Source: Hyaloraphidium curvatum SAG 235-1
Lineage: Eukaryota > Fungi > Monoblepharomycota
Assembly (NCBI GenBank): GCA_025558095.1
Contig: JAIVFI010000014.1
Coordinates: 688,702 to 752,701 of the forward strand
DNA: 64,000 nucleotides
Direction: 5' to 3'
In this document: positions 56,440-64,000 of the stretch, piece by piece
Layout: the number at the start of each line of letters is the position of its first letter
Numbering within the stretch: the first letter of the stretch is position 1
Program-made: the position numbers and the translations under genes
The notes under the pieces: model-generated
What the model was told of the DNA's origin: nothing
Seen by the model: only the letters and a program-made list of their open reading frames with translations
Databases searched by the model: none

Positions 56440-57717
56440 TCACCCCTCTCCTTCGCCCCCGCACCCGTCCGGCAGCCCCACGTCCTCCCCCCTCAGCATC
56501 GCCTCCACCACCGCCACGTTCCTCCGGATCAGGCACTCCCTGTTCTCCGCCAACCTCCGCAGCATCGCGCCGTACTCTTCTTCCCCCACCCCGGACATCG
56601 CCTCGTGCGCCGCGCGCACGCTCCCGTCGCGCGCAGCAAAGTGCGCCCGCGGGTCCAGGAACGGGAACCTCCGCAGCACCCCGGCTTCGATGCAGAGCGG
56701 CGCGAGCGCGACGAGGGAGTTGAAGAGCACCGAGGAGGTCGTGTGCAGGCCGTACCCCGCCGCGGGGGCAAAGGCGGGGAGCAGCGCGCGCGCGGCGGAA
56801 AAGTGGGAAAAGTACTCCCCGAACGGCACCCTGCGCCCGCCGCCGGGGAAGGCGACCAGCCCGCGTTCCAGGAGGGCGGGCGGGATGCTGGCGTTGGCGT
56901 GCGGGGGCCCGGAGGAGCCCAGCAGGCGGACGGGGAGGGCGGGGGAGCCTGGCGGCGGGGGCGAGGTTTCGAGCTCGCGGAAGACGGAGGCGTAGTCCCG
57001 GCGCGTGGTGTCGAGCTGCCCGACGATGCCGAGGCCGCGGCGGGAGGTGGAGTTCCAGCCCGCGGGGAAGAGGGGGTAGATGGTGGTGAGGTAGTCGACC
57101 CTGCCCCTGCCGAAGGGGCGCAGCAGTTCGGTGTTGTGCGGTGCGGTGCCGAGGACGTACGACGGCTCGAGCCAGGCGAGGTGCCGCCGGGCCGTCTCGG
57201 TCGCGAAGAGGTCCGCGGCGTGCACGATCACGGCGATGCGGGGCCGCGTCCCGCCGTGTGGGCACGCCAGCCCGGCTCGCGCTGCGGTCTCGTTGATCGG
57301 CGGGTGGAACTTGTCGAACGTGGCCGTGATGAACAGCGCCAGGTCGTAGGAGCACGCGGCGGGCCAGAAGTCGGCGGCGTCCCTGACTGGGGAACGGTGC
57401 CACGGGCGCATCAAATCCCCGACGCCCTGGTCCCAGCCGGGCGCGGCGTACACGTCGATGAGCGGGGGCTGCGCGGCGGCGGCCAGGGTGTAGGTGTGCG
57501 CGGCATAGTTCTCGCGGTGCCAATTGACGCCGTTGAAGAGTGCCACGCGTGGACGCCGCCCCGGCGAGCCGTGTATGTGGAGCGGGGGGGCGTCGGTGCC
57601 CCGCAGCGCACGCCAGCCGGCGGCGGCCAGTCCGACGGCGATCGCGAGGCGCAACACGCGCCCGCCGCCGCCGTGCAGCCGCTTCAGGCAGTCCGGCAGA
57701 GGCGTCGGCCGCCCCAT
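56440..57717 (-). CDS. Putative glycosyltransferase-like type II membrane protein, intronless
   Basis: N-terminal TM (VLRLAIAVGLAAAGW), then alternating beta/alpha segments (RVALFNG, IAVIVH, GLGIVGQLD, ALLPAF, TSSV..SL..PL) reminiscent of a GT-B fold. Family not established. Confidence 0.45.
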   Translation of the reverse strand: MGRPTPLPDCLKRLHGGGGRVLRLAIAVGLAAAGWRALRGTDAPPLHIHGSPGRRPRVALFNGVNWHRENYAAHTYTLAAAAQPPLIDVYAAPGWDQGVGDLMRPWHRSPVRDAADFWPAACSYDLALFITATFDKFHPPINETAARAGLACPHGGTRPRIAVIVHAADLFATETARRHLAWLEPSYVLGTAPHNTELLRPFGRGRVDYLTTIYPLFPAGWNSTSRRGLGIVGQLDTTRRDYASVFRELETSPPPPGSPALPVRLLGSSGPPHANASIPPALLERGLVAFPGGGRRVPFGEYFSHFSAARALLPAFAPAAGYGLHTTSSVLFNSLVALAPLCIEAGVLRRFPFLDPRAHFAARDGSVRAAHEAMSGVGEEEYGAMLRRLAENRECLIRRNVAVVEAMLRGEDVGLPDGCGGEGEG

Positions 57718-57809
57718 CGAGGGGAGGCAGCCAACGCGGGAACGCGTCGGTAAACAATCCCTCAATCCCTGAGCGCCCCAGTCGCCCCCATCCGCCCCCA
57801 ACCAACACG

Positions 57810-58466
57810 ATGGACCGCCCCGCGACGCCGCCGAGCACGCCCGACGCGCAGAGAAGCCCCCGCACGCCGGAACAGGCGGGGCTGCCCGCGATGCGCGCCG
57901 CGGAGCTGATTGGCGTCTTGGGCGCGGTGCTCGCGGACCGCTCGCCGTCGGGGCCGCTGGCGGGCGCGGAGCGCGCCGCATCGATGCTCGTCGGCTGCTT
58001 CCGGGCAGGCCGCCGCGTGTACCTTGTCGGGAACGGCGGGTCCGCCGCGGAGGCCGCCCACCTGGCCGCCGAACTGGCCGGGCGGTTCAGGCTCGAGCGG
58101 CCCGGGCTCCCCGCCTTTGCCCTGACCGAGCCGTGCATCCTCACCGCCGTGGGCAACGACTACTCGTTCGATGTCGTGTTTGCGCGGCAGGTCGAGGCCG
58201 CATGCGGCCCCGGGGACGTGCTGCTCGCCATCACCACCTCGGGCACCTCCCCGAACATCCTGGCCGCGCTGGCGGCGGCCAAGCGCAAGGGCGCCCGGAC
58301 GATTGCGCTGTGCGGTGCGGGCGGGGAGCTCGCGGACGCGGACGTGAGGGTCAGGGTGCCGTCCAGGGACGCGGCGCGGGTGCAGGAGGCGCAGATGCTG
58401 CTCGGGCACGCGGTGTGCGAGTTGGTCGAGCGGGAGATGTTTGGCGGCGGGGCGGAGGAAGGATGA
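57810..58466 (+). CDS. gmhA: D-sedoheptulose-7-phosphate isomerase (SIS domain), intronless
   Basis: GNGGSAAEAAHLAAELAGRF, TAVGNDY, FARQVEA, GDVLLAITTSGTSPN, RVQEAQMLLGH. Confidence 0.88.
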   Translation: MDRPATPPSTPDAQRSPRTPEQAGLPAMRAAELIGVLGAVLADRSPSGPLAGAERAASMLVGCFRAGRRVYLVGNGGSAAEAAHLAAELAGRFRLERPGLPAFALTEPCILTAVGNDYSFDVVFARQVEAACGPGDVLLAITTSGTSPNILAALAAAKRKGARTIALCGAGGELADADVRVRVPSRDAARVQEAQMLLGHAVCELVEREMFGGGAEEG

Positions 58467-59007
58467 ACGCGGCGTGCGCGTTGTGTACAGCCCGCGCGCG
58501 AGATACCCTCTTGACTTTGCCGATACGCCTTCCCGCCCGCGGGCACGTCTTTTTCAACCAGCGTGCTGCCGGCCATCCGCATGCTCCGCCCGAGACAACT
58601 GCCCGAGGTCCAATTTGTACCGCCGCGCTGGCATTCCCTCCTCCCACAGCACCGCGCGATCTTGCAACCCGAGCACCGAAAGGCTCCGAGCCCCTGAGAT
58701 CGGCATCGTACCCGTCGCAGAGGTCAATGATCAGGCCGCTGTCGTTCGGGCGGGACCATGTTTGCTCCGAGACCGCAAAGAGTAGGAGTAGGACCCGGCG
58801 CGGCCGCGATCCGCCGGGACCGGGAACGTCTTCGAACGGGCATCGCGGTGGCCTTCCCAGCCCTCTAGGGTCCTTGGGAATCATCTGCGAATATGCCGGC
58901 GCGTCGCATCCGCGCTAGGACTTTGGAAGATGGTCGCCTGCAGGTGCCGGGCCCGAAGTTCTGCCGGCGGCGGCACCAACCCGCCCGACGTCCAACCCCC
59001 CGCCGCA

Positions 59008-60371
59008 ATGTCGCTCCCCGTCGTGCCGCAGCCTGCGCCCCTGCGCGAGGGAGAAGCGCCCCGCAACTGGGGCGTCGTCCTCACGGGCACCAAGGAGATC
59101 GGGAAGCACCCGCGCGCGTTCCCGGTCGGTGCCCCGCCGCGCCTCGCCCCGGCCGCCGCTGACCCGCATCGCGGCAGGACGACCCGCCGGAGGGGTTCGT
59201 GCAGGTCAACGTCAAGATGTGCGGGATTTGGTGGGTTTCCCTTCGCGAGATGCTGTGGGGGAGACACCGACGGGACGGGCCGGCAGCGGATCCGACCTGC
59301 ACGCGTGGGAGAGCGCGAACATGACCTCGGGCCAGTCGAAGCATCCCTTCCCGATGGTGAGCGACCGCGCCACTTGCCGACGAAAGTATTTGGCTGACGA
59401 TGGTTCCCACTCAGGTCATGGGCCATGAGGTCGGTTGACGGCGAGCGGGTGGGGCAACTCCGTCTTACGCTCCGCGGCAACAGGCTTCGGGGATCGTGAC
59501 CAAGCTCGGCCCCGGCGTCACGAACCTCAAGGTCGGGCAGGCCGTCACGCTGCAGCCCTGGAGCTTCTACGGCCTGCTCGCCACGCACATCAACCATCCC
59601 GCGGCGATGGCACTGCCGCTGCCCGAGGGCGTGTCGCTCGAGGAGGGCGCCTACACCGAGCCGTTTGCCGTCGGGCTGAACGCGGCGCGGAGGGCCAAGG
59701 TCGAGGCCGGGAGCAGCGTCGTGGTGCTCGGGTCCGGCAGCGTCGGGCTGGCGTCGCTGGCCAGCTCGCTCGCCCTGGGCGCCAAGAGGGTTGTCGTAAC
59801 GGACCTCTCGGACGCGCGGCTCGAGGCGGCCAAGCGGTGCGGCGCGACGGCGGTGGTCAACACCACGGGACTGTCGCCCATGGACGCGGCGTTCAAGATC
59901 GCAGAGGCGCTCAAGGGAGAGCCCATTGCCAGGAGCGAGGTGCTGGGAATGGAGATCGGGCTGCTCGAGCCCGTGGTGGACTGCGTGATCGACGCCGCCG
60001 GGTTCCCGTCCTCCATCGCGGTGGGTTGCCTCCCCAGGCCGCGGCCGTTCTTCACCTCAGACCCCCGTCCCGCCCCACAGACGGCCGTTTTTGCCTGCAA
60101 GCCCGCCGGCACCGTCTCCATCGTCGGCCTGGGCGACAACACCCCCCAGATGCCGCTCCTCGCCGCGGCGCTCAAGGAGGTCGACCTCCGCCCGTGCATC
60201 GGGTACGGCAAGACCGGGTTCGCGGACGCGCTGAAGATGATCGGCGAGCGCAAGGTGGACGTGAGCAAGCTCGTCAGCCACCGTTTGCCGATGGACAAGG
60301 CGCAGTACGGGTACGAGATCTGCCACGGGACGACCGACGGGGCGGTCAAGGTCATGTTTTCGACCGAGTAA
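59008..60371 (+). CDS. Zn-dependent medium-chain (sorbitol/xylitol-dehydrogenase-like) dehydrogenase, multi-exon
   Basis: CGI-GSDLH, MGHE, GAYTEPFAVG, GSGSVG, LVSHRLP, AVKVM. Confidence 0.82.
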
Positions 60372-60423
60372 TAGATCGGCCGACGGGCCGGGCGGCGATA
60401 CTCCCACCCCACCACTCCCTTCT

Positions 60424-62045
60424 TCAGATGTCCAGCTCCCCCGGCCTCGCCACGATCGTCATATCCAGATCCCTCCTCATCTCCCCCGCCATCCCCCCGA
60501 ACGTCGCCCTGAAATCCCGCTCGGCCCCCTCCTCCCACTTGATGTACTCGAACCACACCACCATCCCCAGGTTGGGCATCTCGGCGAACAGGACGCTCTC
60601 GTACGTCTGCCGCCACCACGCGCGCATGACGGCGAGCTTCCCCGGGCCCGGCCGCGACGCGGGGTAGAAGGTGCCCGCGGTCTCGAACACCGCGAACCGC
60701 TTCCCGCGCTCCGAGGCGAAGCGGTACAGGTCGAACCCGCTGCCGTTGGGAGACCCGCCCTCCCCCTGGCTGTTGCGGATCTGGCCCCGGAGCTTGCCGG
60801 CGGGGGGGAGCTCGTTCTCGCCCCAGGGCCACGCGACGCCGTAGTGATACGCCTGCGCCGAGGGGAGCGGATGAGCGGGACGTAGGGCGCGGGAGCGGAT
60901 GGGATGACCCACCGACATGCCGATCCAGTCGACGTACGAGTCGCCGGGGTAGTACGGCGACCAGGGGTCGTCGCCGCGGTCGAGGCGCCCGTTGCGGTTG
61001 GTGTCGAGGAGGGCTGGCCGGGGGCCGGGGCGTCAGAGATCCACACACGCGCGCTCCTGCAGTGAGACACTTACGGTCGAAGCGCGTCGGGCCCCACGGG
61101 TAGCTCGTGGTCTCCATGACGTGCCAGCCGAAGCGGACCATGTTGCGGTCGACGCCAAAGGCGCGGGTGACGTCGACGATGCGGCGGAAGGAGGCGACCA
61201 TGGCGCCGGGCTGGTTGCCGTACGAGAACCTGGGCGGGGAGAGGGGTGTCGTGAGTGGGCGTCGGCTGCCCCGCTCGCGAGACGCACCAGTAGCCGTTGC
61301 ACTCCGGGTAGGGCACGATGATGACCTTGACCCCGTACCCGTTGATCCTCCTCACCGCCTCTGCCATCCCCCGAATGCTGACGTCCGTCACGCACCCGAT
61401 CCCGCAGTCGCTCAGGAGCTGCATCACGATCGTCAGGGAGCCCCGCGGTTGCCCGAGCTGGGACAGCATCCAGCCCAGCCCGGCGGGGTTGCCGACGTTG
61501 AAGGAGGCGCCGATGCGCTCGTAGGTGGTCCAGACGGTCGGTACGAAGCCGACGCGCTGGACGTAGGCCGCCGGGGTGTCCCGGTCGAATTGCACGGCGA
61601 CCCCGAAGTGGAACTTGGGGTTCGCGTTGGAGATGGGGGGCGGGGGTGGGGGCGGGGGAGCCGCCGTCGTCCTCGTCGCCGTGCGGGTATTGGTGGAGGT
61701 GGTCCGCGTTGCCGTGCGCGTGGCCGTGCGTGTGGAGGTCCGCCGCTCGACCCTGCCCCGCGAGGTGCGCGCCGGCCGCGGCCTGGGCGGCCTGGTGGTC
61801 CGCTTGGCCGCCAGCTGCCGCGCATTCAAAGCATGTTCATTGTGCTGTGGGGCCGCTCGACGAGCAGCGGCGTCGGAGTCTTGCAAGGGCAGCGCGCCGG
61901 TCCGCGGAGCGTCCTCCGCCGCGGCGCCGAGCACCCCGCGGAGCCCCGCCGCGCGCACCGCATCGCGGCCGTTCGCGTCCGCGAAATGCAGCGGAGGCAG
62001 CAGCGCGGCCGCGCACAGCGCCGCGAGCAGCCGCAGGATCGCCAT
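60424..62045 (-). CDS. Secreted glycoside hydrolase, GH26-like, with Arg/Thr/Pro linker, multi-exon
   Basis: Signal peptide; YPECNGYW (acid/base Glu), PYYPGDSYVDWIGMS, FAVFETAG (nucleophile Glu), VVWFEYIK. Confidence 0.75.
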
Positions 62046-62261
62046 CGCCGCGGGGTTGCTGCGGCGCTTCCGAGTTGAGCGGAGTTTTGGGGCCGCCGGC
62101 TGGCTGCCGCAGGTCCCCCGCTGACCCAAACAGCTGACGGCGCGCTGCGGAATCGGCACGAAGATGGCATCGCAGACATCGCCGAATGCAAATGGTGGCG
62201 TTGGGGTCTGGTGCGCCGGAGCCCCCTTGCTACCTGCCGCCCGTCTACGACCGACACCGCC

Positions 62262-63128
62262 CTAGACCCGCGGCTGCATCTCATCGTACACCCGCTCCAG
62301 CTCCTCCTCCAGGTTGATCTCCCCCCTCCGCATCCTCTGGAACGTGATCTTCTCCGGCAGCGCGAGGTTGTGCTCCCTCGCCACCGCGTTGATCCTCTCC
62401 ACCTCCTTCCTCCTCTCCTGCACCACGTCCGCCGCAGACCACCACCGGTGCCGCCGATCGCGCAGCACGGGCGCCGTGTCCCACTCCTTCCGCAGGCGGT
62501 CGCGGAAGGCCGAGAGCAGCTCGGTGTGCCGGCGGGCGAGCTCGAGGAACGAGGGGAGGATGTCCTGGGCCTTCATCATGCGGTTGAGGATGAACTCGCT
62601 GGGCGCGCAGCGGGGGAGGATAGGAGAAGGAGCAGAAAAGGGCGAGCAGGCGGAGCAAGGTCAGCCCTCGCGTCAACGCCCTGCCCTCGCTGCCACCCAC
62701 GTGTTGTCGACCCCCACCACGCCCCCCTGGTCCTCTATCCTCTTCCCCCTCCCCTGCAGATTGTCGAACGCGCCCTTCCTCCGCGCCTCGGCGATGCGGC
62801 CCTCGATCATCGCCTGCCACGGCGAGGTCGGGGAAGAGAGGGTCGTGCCGGCCGCGCGGGCGTAGGCGGGGAGGTCCGAGAGGGGCGATTCGGGGGGTGC
62901 GGAGTCGTCCGAGGCATTGCTCTGGTGTTCGGGAGTCCGCTCGGGGCGAGATGGAGGCTCAGGCTCCGTTTCCTCCGGGAGACGCGACGCGTTGCGCGCC
63001 CCCGGGGAGGCCGAAAAAGCGCGGCGGGAGACGCCGGCCCGGCAGAGGGCGCAGGCGGCGGAAGCAGCGGGCCTTTTCGAGGGTGCCGGGACGGCCTGAA
63101 CGCCGCGGAGAGGCCGGAAGGCGCGCAT
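62262..63128 (-). CDS. DUF1992 / DnaJC28-like domain protein, spliced
   Basis: IEGRIAEARRKGAFDNLQGRGK, then NRMMKAQDILPSFLEL...INAVAREHNL. Confidence 0.72.
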
Positions 63129-63607
63129 CGCCGCGGTCGGGAAGCAGCGGGTCCGGCGCCGAGTCCCTTGCGGCCGCACCGATTCTTCCGATGCCTGGGG
63201 ATCCGCGACGGCGTGGACCGAACGGTGGATGCGACGAGAGAGGACAGGCTCGATGCCGTCAGAAGTCGCTGGCGGTAGCCTGCCCTTATCTTGGCCTTGT
63301 TGTCGAAGCACGTATCCCAGGCGAGAAACGGGCGCAGTGGATAGGAACAGCAGTCTGAGGCACATGCTTGGACTGTCCTACGATTGTCCGATGATGACAC
63401 TGAAGGCCTGTGTCGTCTCTTGTACGTCACAATCGAGGTCTGAGATACTTATTGTTCTCCGGCATCCGGCGTCAGATTCACCAGGATTGGGCAACACACC
63501 CGTTTGAGAAGCCGATGGGCACGCAGTGGGAAGCAGAGGGCTTCAACCACGCGTGGCGCAACTTGGTGGTCTATAGGATGCAGTAGCCTATACCCTGGAC
63601 CGGGTTG

Positions 63608-63687
63608 CGAACGGCGTTCGGAAGCCTTGCCATCACTTGCCAAACGGAGGGCAACTTTTCCGAACGCCGTTCGGAAGACTTGCCATC
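63608..63687. repeat. Subtelomeric 27-bp direct repeat (2 copies) with an internal palindrome
   Basis: 63608-63634 and 63661-63687 are 25/27 identical; each begins CGAACG-N-CGTTCG. Confidence 0.75.
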
Positions 63688-63800
63688 CCGGACCCGCCAC
63701 TCCGGACGACCACTGTGCCCCCCCGGCGATTGCGGACGCCGGTTCCCGGGTACCATTGGCTTGAGCAGGTTCGGCGCTGTCTTCTGCCGGGTGGAGAGCC

Positions 63801-64000
63801 TTAGGGTTTAGGTTAGGTTAGGTCAGGTTAGGTCAGGTTAGGTTAGGTCTTGGTTAGGTTAGGTTAGGTTAGGTTAGGTTAGGTTAGGTTAGGTTAGGTT
63901 AGGTTAGGTTAGGTTAGGTTAGGTTAGGTTAGGTTAGGTTAGGTTAGGTTAGGTTAGGTAGGTTAGGTTAGGTTAGGTTAGGTTAGGTTAGGTAGGTTAG
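63801..64000 (+). repeat. Telomeric repeat array (TTAGG)n, right chromosome end
   Basis: G-rich strand runs 5'->3' toward the window end. Proximal variants TTAGGG, TTTAGG, TCAGG and TCTTGG precede mostly pure TTAGG with occasional TAGG units. Confidence 0.97.

Overview
GC-rich, gene-dense eukaryotic chromosome end with many short GT-AG introns (about 45-70 nt, CTRAC/CTAAY branch points), ending in a (TTAGG)n telomere at 63801-64000. Gene content (VTC1, sideroflexin, TPR/Mlp1, HOM3, FAT1, AA11-type LPMO, P450) suggests a fungus, probably an early-diverging chytrid/monoblepharid-like lineage; this is inference only. The main result is an apparently intact 5.5-kb TIR transposon (31341-36882). 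It has 29-bp inverted ends and TA flanks, and encodes a spliced IS630/Tc1-type transposase with unusual DD44E spacing, an F-box-like/Cys-rich cargo gene, and a spliced 996-aa Fanzor1-type RuvC nuclease carrying an NLS and an N-terminal array of CxxC-H-H zinc-knuckle repeats. A structured putative omega-RNA follows the nuclease and runs into the right TIR, so this looks like a complete eukaryotic RNA-guided nuclease system. Other observations: three non-RD ankyrin-TKL kinases; a bacterial-type gmhA head-to-head with a glycosyltransferase-like gene; intronless bacterial-like pirin and DusA; an F-box/PP2-lectin protein; tandem secreted PLA2-like paralogs; and two secreted precursors sharing a 4-Cys module but carrying different C-terminal domains. 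All calls come from manual motif reading; no database searches were run.
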